DNA of 63,888 bases, the filler included, from Reclinomonas americana ATCC 50394 (taxonomy: Eukaryota), in the NCBI GenBank assembly GCA_048213135.1. It is 6 parts of 3 records of this genome, joined end to end, with 100 filler letters (N's around TTAATTAATTAA, not from the genome) between each part and the next. Parts side by side here need not be neighbours in the genome. Positions count along the whole stretch, not along the records: positions 35,779 to 39,991 come from PS015068.1; positions 40,092 to 48,560 come from PS015068.1; positions 48,661 to 63,888 come from PS015069.1; 3 more parts are not named here. One strand, 5' to 3'. Both the position numbers and the translations under genes were made by a program. Below are positions 38,701-50,687 of this stretch, one piece after another. Numbering within the stretch: the first letter of the stretch is position 1; every line of letters begins with the position of its first letter. Below the pieces are notes generated by a model that ran no database searches, had not been told where the DNA came from, and saw only the letters and a program-made list of their open reading frames with translations.

Positions 38701-41700
38701 AAGCGCTCCTCCAGCAGGCCCGTGCGCTCCGGACTGATACCCTCCAGCACGTAGTCACAGCTACTCTTTGGCGGGATCGTGATCTTGGCTGGCGTCAAGT
38801 TGAAAATCGGCTCCGAGTCGCCGCCGTCAGCCGCCGCCGATGACCCCACTGCCTTCTGTGATCACGCCATGATTGAGATGAGAGGGAGGAGAGAGTGAGC
38901 TGAAGGCAAATGGTGAATGTACCTTGGGGCGGACCTTGGACCAGATGAGTTGACGAGGCTTGCGGCCGTGATTCTCAATGGTGAATCGGTGCACAATCGG
39001 ACGAGCCGTAAAGTGGTTGCCGAGGTACAGCTGCGACAAATCGCACGACGGTGCCAGAGGACTGCCGGTGCCGGAGGCCATCAGACGGACCACTGCAAGA
39101 GAGAGGGAAACGCAAGATTGATTTTTTAAAGTTCCACTCCATCAAGAACATGAATTCGATGGAAGGAGACAGACGGACGTACCACACTCGGTGCCATACA
39201 TGACTTGCACGATAAGGGCGTCGTTGAACTTAGTCGACTCGTCGCAGCAGGCCTGCATTCGCGTGAGTGAGCGCGGGGGAGCGTGACAGAAAAAAAGAGC
39301 AAAAGAGAGGTCGACCACGCACCACCAGCACCAGATCCAGAGTGCCATTGGCCGGAATCGTACCATTCTCCGGCAGCACCGTGAACCCAGTGTCGTCGCC
39401 GCGCTCAACGCAAGCCGAGAACTGCGCATCAACATCCGAGTGGTTGATCAGCGTAACAGAACGCTCCACGCGCTCCAGCACCGGAATCTGTCACGCAGCA
39501 TGAGCGCAAAACAACCAAGCGTGCAGAATCGTTGAATGGTGATGGATGGCTACAAACCTTGCCCCAGTTGACCTCTTCGACATTGACCGTGACTTTCGGG
39601 CCAATGGCATCGACACGCGTGCCCAAACACACGGGATCGACCATTGAGCCAATGACCTTGACGTAAATGGGATAAAAATGGGTGCCCAGGTGCAGTGCCG
39701 TGGCCGTGATCCACAGCACCGATTCGCAGTTGCCGTGCAGGATGCCACGCTCGGCGCTCAGCTCGAATCGCACAGCCTCCGATGTCGGCACTTGCAGTTC
39801 GTACCGCAGCGGCAACGGCGAGGGATTGGTCAAAATAATGGACTGCTGGTGCGGTTTGCCAATCAGGCACGACTCAAAGATGATCTCCGGCGACGACAGG
39901 CGGATCGACGGTACAGTGCACTGCGCGCGAATGGGGATCACCAGGAAGCCTGTGCGAACAAATGTACAAAGTTAGTCGTCACGGCGACACGNNNNNNNNN
40001 NNNNNNNNNNNNNNNNNNNNNNNNNNNNNNNNNNNTTAATTAATTAANNNNNNNNNNNNNNNNNNNNNNNNNNNNNNNNNNNNNNNNNNNNCGCTATCGA
40101 CGGCGGTGCTTGTCGACACGCACCATCACCCACGTCGGCAATATCCACATGCAGCTTGACGCTGTACTTTTTGATGGCCGACGGCATAAAGTCGACCTGC
40201 ACGCGATGCCGACTGCTGGCCGGGATGGTGCCGAACGACGGCACAACATCNNNNNNNNNNNNNNNNNNNNNNNNNNNNNNNNNNNNNNNNNNNNNNNNNN
40301 NNNNNNNNNNNNNNNNNNNNNNNNNNNNNNNNNNNNNNNNNNNNNNNNNNNNGAATTCACGGCGCAGCATGCGGCCGTCTTCCGGAATGTGCAGCTTGTA
40401 GCTGATGGGAATGTCGGACTCGTTGACCAAGTAGAACGCCTCGGTCGCCATGAAACCGTTCGACACGTCGCCAAAATCGAGCGAGTGGCGATCGACCGAG
40501 ATGCGCGGTCCAATGACGGTACCTCGCATGCGCAGGAACAGACTCTCCGGTCGACCCTCCACTCGCCACTCAAACTCCTCGTCCACCGTGCCCAGAATGT
40601 CCGAGCAGAACGACACCACAATCAGCTGCTGGTCGCCAGCGGCCAGTACACCACAGTCGGGTGTGAACTGGAAACGCCGACTCATGTCGGTGTCGGACGG
40701 CTGGTACCTGTACTGTGCGTCGATCTGGCCGCGATTCTCCAGCACGAACTCATACGAATGCTGCGAGTGGATAAACACTTCGCCGAGATCCACCGACGTG
40801 TAACTGAAGCACACGTCCGGCGCAATGCCTTCGCCAGAGAGCTCCAGTGGCAAGCGCATCTCACGACCACTCACATCACAGTAGGCCACGCGATCGTACA
40901 CCGCAGCCATCTGCCACACACAATTGTACACCAAATGAGGGAGACGAGAGTGGGAAGGAGATGAGCACCAAACATGGACACGCACCACGGGATGGAAAGT
41001 CACGGTAAAGGTGTGCTCGCCGCCGGGATGAATTTCACCGGCAATGGGCTCAATCAGGAACACCTCGTCGTCAAAGAGGAATCGATCGCTGTCCAACTCA
41101 CGTCGCAGTTGCTGCCGTGCAGGAGGGATGAGTGTGAGGAGAGGGGTAAACGGACGGACGGGAACGGCGCGTGCGTGCGACTCAACATCGTACTTGCGGG
41201 AAATGAGTGACAAGTCTCGCGCGGCGTTGCCACTGCGCGACTCTTCTGCGTTCTCCTGCACCGTCAACAAGAGGTTCTTGCGCACACGCGCCTGGTCCTC
41301 CTCCATTTCCGTGGCGAATCGCTTCCACTCGTAGACCACCTTCTTGCGACTGCGGTTGTGCAGCTTGAAAGTGCGCCGAGTGGTCAAGCCCAGGAACGAC
41401 GCCTCCATGCGCAGCGAACTCGTCGACAGCGTCACAAACAGATCTTCGGCGGTGCCCGTCAAACGAACCACCACATTCTCGCCCGTGTCGTAGGTCACTG
41501 TCAGCTCGCCCGTGTGCGTCTCATTGCTTGTCTGCGAAGCGAGCTGCGTCAGTGAAAGGGGATAGAGGGGAAGAGAAGGGGGAGAGAGAGAGAGAGAGAC
41601 TTACCAGTGGTGCAAAGGTGAGGATAAGTTGCATAAACTCGCCAACTTCCAGCGAAGCGTGTGCCGGCGACACGGTGAACATGTCGGAGGTGGCGAGGGT

Positions 41701-42856
41701 GATTCGAGCGGCGGCTGTGCCGCGATTCGACACCGCAATGCGCTTCTCGGTGCGGTACTTGACGGGGCATGCGCCAAAGTCGATCTCGTCAGGCAACTCC
41801 ACCATGGCTGCGCACGAAAAAAAAAACACACGTCAGTCAGCTGCCGTCATCTCACCTCCCTCTGAGAAGGGGCACGCACGGCACACTAACCTCGACCGCC
41901 CACGGCCACCACCGGCACGACAAACTTTTCGCGCTCCGTGATGCACTCAATGTCGATCGACACATCACGACGCGACTCGGGGGTGAACGACACCGCAAAA
42001 CGCACTTCCATGCCGGGCGCCACTCGGCCACCGGCAAATCCACCAATCGGGACCATGCGCAAAAACGGCACTCGTGGCGGCAGCACCGTCAACGAGCGGG
42101 CCACTGTGTCAATGTTGCGGAACGACAACTGCACCGTGTGCGTCTCAAACTCGCCCACCGACTGGAACACAATGCACGGTGGCGACGTCTGGAAGAGTGG
42201 CACGTCGAGTGGCACACTCGATTGCGGATGCGTGGGCGCACGGTCGGCCAGATTGTACAGCTCCACAATACGAACGCCCTTGTGCAAGTGACGAATTGAG
42301 GACAGAGAGAGAGTGAGCGAGGCAACAGCAAGGTGCATGTACCTGTTGCTGTGGTGTGCCAGCGGCGACTGTGGACAAGACCGATGCCATGGCCCGCGGA
42401 TCGCGAACGACATCAACCGTCGTTCGTGACACGGTCGCAGCATGCTCCGATGGCAGCAACTGCACACAGACACACGTGAGCAAGAGATGGAGGGAGAGAG
42501 AGAGAGAGTGAGTCGTGCACACCGTTGCAGAGGCTCCACCAGCAGCAGTGGCAGTCAGGGCGTCCTCATTGGCCAGTGGCAAGCGCGCGTATCGCAAATG
42601 CGCAGGTGGACGCGCCTTGGCAATGGAGAAGCTGTGCTTGCTGCCAATGCCCAGACGACCCGTCGCACCAGGACCAACAATGCCTGCGCGCGAGAGAGAG
42701 AGTCAGAGAGAGTCAGAAAAAGAGCGCGAACTGCCCACTCAAAAGTGTGTGTGTGGAAGAGTGAGTATGATTGTGAGTGGAGAACGCACCACCTGGTCTC
42801 TTGATGCCACTTGTGCTGCCGTTAGTGGTATCAGCGGCGCCTGCTGCGCTCGCCAT
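35779..42856 (-). CDS. HYDIN: Hydin (axonemal central-pair protein), N-terminal portion
   Basis: RVAPGMEVRF..CITEREKFVVPV, LPDEIDFGACPVKY and tandem ASH/PapD-like domains (DFG..N), FPNLQLE, VEVYSLDFDQQYMIEEEVLR, LLLPPRQPG; continues across the linker at 40036. Confidence 0.93.
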
Positions 42857-43124
42857 CCTTCACACACAGAAAGAGATAACAAAGACGAAGAAAAACAACT
42901 CCTCTCTCACTTACACGCGCACACACACACACACAAAGAAAGGAGAGAGTGTGAGAGACACGCACGCACACACACACGGTCTGCTGCTCACAGAGAACGA
43001 GAGAGAGTGTGTGTCTGTGTGAACGCGCGCAGTGAATGCAATTGCGAAACGGCTGCGTCGGTTGGCCGGATCGGACGGTGGAATGCGAGTGTGTAAAAAC
43101 TGTGTGTGTGTGTGTGTGTGAGAG

Positions 43125-46100
43125 ATGAGTGACGTGTGGCAGCCCGGCGACGATGTTGCGAGAGGGAGTGTATGTGAGAGAGTGTGTGTGTGTGCACTGA
43201 ATGCGTGATTGTTATTGCAGGCGGAAGAGGACGAATTCGGCGAAGACATTGACAAGGAGGTGTGCAAGGCAGAGAGAGACACACACACACACACACGAGA
43301 CTCTCTCTCTCTTCTCTCTTCTCTCGTGTGCACTCACGGATTTCCTATTGTTTTTCCCGCGCATTCGGTCGACATCGACTTGTCTGTGGATAGTTTCGCG
43401 AAAGCACTCGCGACTGCCTGCTCTTCCTCATTGATTGCGGCCCGAAGATGTTTGAGGTGGACGAGCATGGATCGGTGAGTAAGAGAGAAGAGAGAGAGAA
43501 GAGAGAGTGGGAAAGAAGAGACATTGAATGATTGATTGCATGTACAGTGTGGATTCTCCGTGGCCACTCGTCTCGCCGCCCTCTTCCACAAGAACAAGAT
43601 TGTGACCAGTGACAAGGATCTGCTGGGCGTAGTCTATTATGCAACGGTATGTGCCTCTCTCTCTCTCTCTGTTGCATTCTCGAGCTCACTCCGCGAGTGC
43701 CAGCGCGAGAGTCGGTCTCCGTACGACTTCAAGCACAGCTTTGTGCACATGCCGTTTGAGGAGCCGAGTGTCGGGCGCATCCGCACACTGCTTGAGTTCT
43801 CGGAGAATGCGCATGCCGTGGCCGCCGACTCGTTTGAGGCCACGATTGGCAAGTACACGGCCCGCACGCCGTATCCGCTGCATCAGGCGCTGTGGACGGC
43901 GTCGTATCTCTTCAATGAGCAGTTGTGTTGTTGTTGTGGTTGGATGGATGGAGGCTGCCGGTTGTGTGTCGCTCATTCGCGGTGCTTTGCAGAACGGCCA
44001 AGATCGGCACGCGACGCATTTTTGTGTGCACCAACGAGGAGGAGCCGGGCGATGCCAGTGTGCTGACGCTGACGCTAGAGCGTGTGCAGGTCTGCTGAGA
44101 GATAACAAAGGGGGAAGGGGAGAGAGCATGAGAATGCACAAGAGAGACAGACTTGAGCGTGTGTTCCTCGTGCTCTGTCTGAGGCTATCTCTTCTCTTCC
44201 TGGCCCTCGTCCACCTCACCCTCTTCCTCTCTGCGTCTCTCCTTCTCTCTCTCTCAGCCTCCCTTTCTCTCTCTCTCTCTCTGCTTCTCTCCTGCACTTC
44301 CTCCCTCTCCCCGTGTCTCTCACTCTCTCTTCCTCTCTGCGTCTCTCCTTCTCTCTTTCAGTCTCCCTTTCTCTCTCCCTCTCTCTCTCCCACTTCCTCT
44401 CTTCCCCTCTTCCCCTCTCCCTCTCTCCCTCTCCCTGTCTCCCTCTCTCCCTCCGTCTCTCTCTCTCCCCCCTGTCTCCCTCTCTCCCTCTCGGCCCTTG
44501 TTGACTGTTGCCTCTGCAGAACCTGGCCGACAGCCGCGTCACCATTGACGTGTTGGCGGTGCGGCATCGGGGCGTCAAGATCGATCGCTCGACGTTTTGG
44601 CAGGTGCGTTTTTTACGCACTCGTCGTCGTGATTGATTGCTGCTGCTGACAACTACGCGCGTTTGCATAATAGGCGGTGGTGAACAAGGCCAATGCATCG
44701 TCCATGTTCCTCGGCGATGTGTGTGGCATTCGTGATGTGGGCGACACGGTGTGTGTGGCTGTGAGTGTCTTGATGAAGAGAAGCGTCGTCTCACGTGTTC
44801 TGTCTTGTCTTGCAGCTGGAGGAAGAGGAGAGTGTGGTGCGCTATCGAGCCGGCAAGAAGCGGACGAGTGGCAGAGTGAGCTTGGCCATTGGCGAGGAGG
44901 GCTTCCAGCTTGGCCTGCGAGTGTTGCGTGCTGTGCGTGTCGCTCTTGTGCAGTAAGTTTGTGACACAACGTGCCTCTGCCTGCGTGCGCAGTTACCACA
45001 TGGTGATGCCGGCCAAGAAGCCGACGCCCATGTGGATCCAGAAGGGCACCAACAAGTCGGTTCGATTGGAGCGCACGTACACCGACGTTGGTGTGTGAAG
45101 AAGTAGGGGGAGGAGGAGTGTCTGCAGATGCTTGACTGTCTCCTTTTTTTGCGTGCACAGAAACCACATCCTACGTGCTGCCGAGCGATTTTTCGTATGC
45201 ACACGAGTTTGGAAGCGACGAGGTGTACTTTGCAAAGCAGGAACTCGACAGCATCAAGCTGGGCGATGTGCCGCACGGTGCGCTCGCCGAGTCGCGCTTT
45301 CGCAGTGTCGTTTGCACGTGTCTCTCACGCGGCCGTGGATGTGTGCGCAGGATTCAAGCTGATGGGCTTCAAGCCACTGTCCACACTCAAGCCGTGGCAC
45401 AATCTCAAGCCACCGACATTTCTCTATCCGGATGAGGAGGTATTCTGTGTACTCTTTTTCGTCCACCACTTCTTTTTCCTTTGCCTGCCTGACATGTGTG
45501 ACTGCTCGTGCAACAGTGGATTCATGGCAGCACGACGACACTGGTGGCCCTGCATCGTGAAATGATCGAGCAGCAAAGGGTTTGTTTTCTTGTTGTCACG
45601 CGGTGACGTGACAACTCGTTGACCACCCACCACCGCAGGTTGCCATTTGCCGTGCAGTGCCGCGACACGGTGCACAGCCGCGCTTTGTGGCGCTGATGGC
45701 ACAGGCCGAGGTCACCGACCGCGATGGCTTGGTGGTGGTGCCGAATGGCTTCCACTGCATTCCGCTGCCGTACCGCGACGACATTCGCGATCTCACCTTT
45801 GATGGGGTTCGCGCAGTGGGGAGATGGCGTTCTCTCGGACGACAGTGACAGCTCACACGCCTCGCCGTGCACAGGAGGAGCGTCCGCGCTGTGATCCGGC
45901 TGTGGTGCCGTACGCGAAACGCGTAATCACGAAACTCTGCGCCGATTACATGTCGGTCAGCATCCCCAACCCAGGTCTCGCAAGCTTGTATCCATCGTGA
46001 ACAACCAGTGGCGGGCGACTCATCATCATTCGCGCAGCTCTGACCAAGTTCTGCAATCACTTGGAGGCGCTGGCACTGGAGAGCAAGGATGAGCCGCCGT

Positions 46101-46670
46101 TCGAGGACAAGGCCCTGCCGGACCCCGGTCTCTTTGATGTTTCGTGTTTCACCCTCGCTGCGCATTCAGCTGGGAGCTCACTCTCCCTCACTCTACCCGC
46201 AACAGGCCGAGGTTCGCCGACGCATCGACGACTTCAAGGTGAACATCATGGGTCCCGGCTACGATCCGCAGCGCACCATGGGTGCCAAGAAGGCGGCACC
46301 AAAGCGCGGCGCCGACGAAGTTTCGTTTTGTTAAAGAGGGAGAAACAAGGAGAAACACGTTGCTGAAACACTCCTCCACAGGACGCCGATGGCGCCAGCG
46401 GTTCCAAGCGAGCCAAGGCCGCCGCCGGCTACGACGACATCAACTGGGCCAACATGGTGGCGACCGGCACAGTTACACTCCCTCGATATCGATATTCCGA
46501 GAAGGGAAGAAGAATATTCAACACTTCTCCCTTTCCTTGCTGCTCAGATAACCAAGCTGACCATCGACCAGCTAAAGGTCTACTTGGCGCACCACAAACT
46601 GCCACGTGGAGGCAAGAAGGCCGAGCTGGTGGAGCGCGTGGTCGAGCATGTGCAAGGCGGTGGACAATAA
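43125..46670 (+). CDS. XRCC6: Ku70 (vWA, Ku core and SAP domains)
   Basis: RDCLLFLIDC, KIVTSDKDLLGVVYYAT, RRIFVCTN, GFKLMGFKP..HNLKPPTFLYPDE, PRFVAL, GFHCIPLPYRDDIR, IPNPAL..LEALAL, KLTIDQLKVYL..KKAELVERV. Confidence 0.96.
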
Positions 46671-46677
46671 ATCTGCG

Positions 46678-48560
46678 ATGACGTCACACCCGGACGTTGT
46701 GCTTGTGAGAGATATGACGAGCACAGCAGAGCTCGTGGCCCGTGTGGTGGCCACTGCCAAGCAACGCGGTCGCGATGATGTGGATGACTTTGCGGCCAGT
46801 TGTGTCACTGACAGAGAGAGAAAGAGAGAGAGAGAGAGAGAGTTGCTGACAAGTGCCCACCGCACGCAGGCATTGTGTTGCGCATTGTTTCGCTGCAGTT
46901 CTCCTCGGGCGCACAGGTACCAAGCACCGCAGTCGATGACATGGTGGAGGTAAGGAGAGAGAGAACAGGACTCTGTGCACGCACGCACAACACAGAAAGA
47001 GAGACAGTCACTCCTTCACTCACACACTCACTCACTTACTCACTCCCTCCCTCCCTCCCTCCCTCCCTCCTTCACTCACTCACTCACTCCCTCACGCATT
47101 CACTCCCTCCCTCCCCCCTCTCTCCCTCTCACACAGTACGCCGTTCGTTGCCTGGTGGAAGCACCCGTGGCCACCACTCTGCGCATGCAACACGTGTTTG
47201 CGCGCTCCCGCACAGTGTACGAGGCCACAGACATTCGCGTGCAGCGGGCCGACGAGCGAGCAGCACTGGCACACCGCCTGGCCTCCTCCTCCTCGTCCTC
47301 CACTCCAAGTGTGGCCGAGGTGAAGAGTGTGGCCTCGGAGTACCTGCAGAGCATCACGCCTGCGCTGAGTCGCGATGTGATTGAGTCGACGGTGGAGGCG
47401 GCGGAGGAGTGGTTGAGTGAGGAGTCGATTGGGAGTGTGTTTGCCGAGGGCGATGTGGAGTATCGACAGCAGGTGTTGCAGCATTGGTTTGAGGCGTACA
47501 CGGCGAGAGCGATCATGGCGTGTGACTTGGAGTGGTGGGAGGAGAGCGGACGGTTGTCGATTCAAGTCCGTGAGGTGTGTGTGTGCGCGCGCAGAAGTCG
47601 CGTGGTGTCGAGCGGAACTCGTGTCGTGACTCTGTGTGTGCAGAGCATGGATTCGGAGTTGTCGGCACTGGCCGATGCCGATCACAAGATGGGACTGGTG
47701 CTCACGTACGCTGCGCCACCGGTGAGAGTTTCTTGTTGTGTGAGAAACAATCGCACTCGTTGCTGTTGCTTACGGTCGCGAATGCAGGCGGACTCGGCGT
47801 CTCCGCTGGCGTCCGAGTACAACAAATTGCGCCAGTATCTGGCCTACTTTATCGAACTGAAGACCGAGGCTGATAACCGCATGGCCGCCATCAGTGAGCA
47901 CCAGAGTGCATGCAAGGCGGCGTTGGACGGTGCCAGTTCGCTGGTTCGTCGACCCTGCGTTATCATCATTCCTGCAATGTGCTCATGCCCGTGGTGCTGC
48001 GCAGGAGGAGCTCGCCAATGTGGGTGCCGAGTGGTGTGTGAGTACCGATCTGACGGAGGATTTGCGGCTGTTTGTGAGCACACGTATCACGCCGCTGCGT
48101 CCGTTTGGACTGGAGGGTGGCCACGCCGGTGAGTGTGTGTCCATCATTTCGACACGATGATGAAATGGTTTTGCTGACTTTGGGTGCCAGCTGGTGAGGG
48201 CTTCTTGCTACCGGCTAGCCTCACGGCCGAACTGCTGGCGGCTGCGGAGGAGGCCAAGTCGCAAGCGCCTCCACTCGATGCTGTGTTGCCTGAGATGCCG
48301 GCCTCGCTGTCGTTTATTCCGCCAGACGATCCCAGCTTTTCTCAAATCGTGCCCGAGTTGGCGGTGAGGCGCACAACTCTGCTCTTCGTCCCTTTCCCTC
48401 TTTCTCTCTCTCTCTCTCTCTCTCCTCATCGCCGCCACCTCACAGGGAGTGTCACCAGTGGAGGTGGACAGTACGTTGGAGCACGCCGTGGCCCGGCGAC
48501 CCCGTATCGTCGGTTACGTGGTGTGTGAGTCGGACGAGCGTACGCTGTCGTCGTCGCCCG
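46678..48560 (+). CDS. Divergent CFAP206 (C6orf165)-like flagellar protein, partial
   Basis: LVARVVATAKQRG, TTLRMQHVF, EYNKLRQYLAYF and FSQIVPELAGVSP resemble, in order, CFAP206 motifs recalled from memory (TIKMQVYF, LYNxRQY, LxYxGFC); similarity is weak. Confidence 0.5.
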
Positions 48561-48660
48561 NNNNNNNNNNNNNNNNNNNNNNNNNNNNNNNNNNNNNNNN
48601 NNNNTTAATTAATTAANNNNNNNNNNNNNNNNNNNNNNNNNNNNNNNNNNNNNNNNNNNN

Positions 48661-49092
48661 GTCCGAGGGACTCGTACGCTGTGCCCACTCGCGAGTAGCC
48701 CTTGGCGTAGTCCGGTCGCAACGACACACTGGTCTCGCTGTCGTCGAGCGCCTGCTGGAACAAGTTCTTGTGCTGGTACGCGGCGGCGCGGTTCGAGTAG
48801 TAAATGTGGTTCTGCGGGTTCAGCGCAATGGCCTCCGAGTACAACCGAATGGCCTCGTCGTAGTCGCCGGCCGTCAGCTTCCGATTGCCCTCGTTCTTCA
48901 GCGCGTCAGCAGCCTCGGCGTCGGCCGCCGATGGTGCAGCCGCGCGCGGCGCAGCAGCAGCGGCAGCTGAGCGTGAAGGCTGTGACGCTGCTGGTGATGA
49001 GGGTGCACCACCAGCCGCAGCACGAGCACGCTCCTCCCACTTGGTCTTGGCCATGACGAAGCGATCTGCATACGCTGGTGGTGCAGAGAAAA
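48661..49092 (-). CDS. SGT/SGTA-like TPR co-chaperone, TPR1-2 segment (inverted contig)
   Basis: ADALKNEGN..YDEAIRLYSEAIALNPQNHIYYSNRAAAY..PDYAKGYSRVGTAYESLG. Confidence 0.9.
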
Positions 49093-49529
49093 NNNNNNNN
49101 NNNNNNNNNNNNNNNNNNNNNNNNNNNNNNNNNNNNNNNNNNNNNNNNNNNNNNNNNNNNNNNNNNNNNNNNNNNNNNNNNNNNNNNNNNNNNNNNNNNN
49201 NNNNNNNNNNNNNNNNNNNNNNNNNNNNNNNNNNNNNNNNNNNNNNNNNNNNNNNNNNNNNNNNNNNNNNNNNNNNNNNNNNNNNNNNNNNNNNNNNNNN
49301 NNNNNNNNNNNNNNNNNNNNNNNNNNNNNNNNNNNNNNNNNNNNNNNNNNNNNNNNNNNNNNNNNNNNNNNNNNNNNNNNNNNNNNNNNNNNNNNNNNNN
49401 NNNNNNNNNNNNNNNNNNNNNNNNNNNNNNNNNNNNNNNNNNNNNNNNNNNNNNNNNNNNNNNNNNNNNNNNNNNNNNNNNNNNNNNNNNNNNNNNNNNN
49501 NNNNNNNNNNNNNNNNNNNNNNNNNNNNN

Positions 49530-50655
49530 GGCTGGACGAGGCCATTGAGAAGGGCTACCGCCGTGCTGCCGAGTTGGAACCTGCAAATGACGAGTACAGG
49601 AAGCGATTGGACGAGGCGCTGGCTCGGCGAGATGCACAGCGAGCGGTGAGTGTGGCACACCCTGCCTGTCATCATCATCCTCTTTCTTTTCTTTCTTGTC
49701 TTCATCTCTCTCTCCGCACGCGCCGATATACCTATTACCCCACGACTGTTTACATTTACCCGTCAGCTGTGGTGGCAAGAATTCTGCGCCAAATTGAATC
49801 ACATGTCACTGTGTGCAGTCCTCGTGCACCGTTTACTCGGTGTGCAGGCCGCTTGTATCCTTATTCTACATGATCGTAGCGTGGTGCACAGTTGACACAC
49901 ATGTTTTCCGCTCCTCCCTTCTCCCGCTCACCCCTGCACTCTTCATGTCGTGAGGGCATTCGATGCGTTGCTGACTGCGCGTGTCTATCGATTGTTGCAG
50001 GCACCACCGCCACGTCAAGCGCCGGGTGCCGGTGGCATGCCTGGTGGTCTGGACCTGGGTGCCATGATGGGTCAGCTGTTGCGTCGAAGTGTTGGGAAGT
50101 CCTCATCGACTGGTGTTGTCCATCTTCGCTTACCACTGCTGTGTTGCAGTTCCGGCATGTTTGGTGGTGCTCGAGGTGGCGCGGCTCCACCGGGTGGCGC
50201 CCCGCCAGCTGCCGGTGCCGGTGGACTTGGCGGTCTGGAGGGCCTTGTACCTCCGTCGCTGATGGAGTCGATGGCGAACGACCCAGAGTTGCAGTCGCTG
50301 ATGACCGACCCGCGTTTTGTGGCCATTATGGAGCAGGTGCAGTCGGGCGGCCCCATGGCCATCATGTCGTTGATGCAGTTGCGTCTCGCTCGTATTTTTG
50401 TTCATATGAAGGTTGGGTTTGTCTGCTCATCCCCGCCCGCGTGGCAGATCACCGGATCCATTCGTGCGTGACGTTGTCAATCGCATCGCCTCGCGTGTCA
50501 TGGGCAGCATGGGTGGTCTTGGCGGCCTCGGTGGCTTGCTCAGCAGCCTCGGTGGTATGGGTGGCTTTGGTGGTGGTGGTGGTGGCGGCGGTGGCCCACC
50601 TCCCTCGGCCGGTGGTGGCGGTGCCGGAACTGGTGGATCAACAATGTATTCGTGA
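49530..50655 (+). CDS. SGT/SGTA-like co-chaperone, TPR3 plus Gly/Met-rich STI1(DP)-like C-terminus
   Basis: LDEAIEKGYRRAAELEPANDEY, MANDPELQSLMTDPRF, Gly-rich tail; joins in frame to the reverse complement of 48661-49092. Confidence 0.85.
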
Positions 50656-50687
50656 GCGTGAGTTTGTTCATTATGTCGCGTGCGTGA

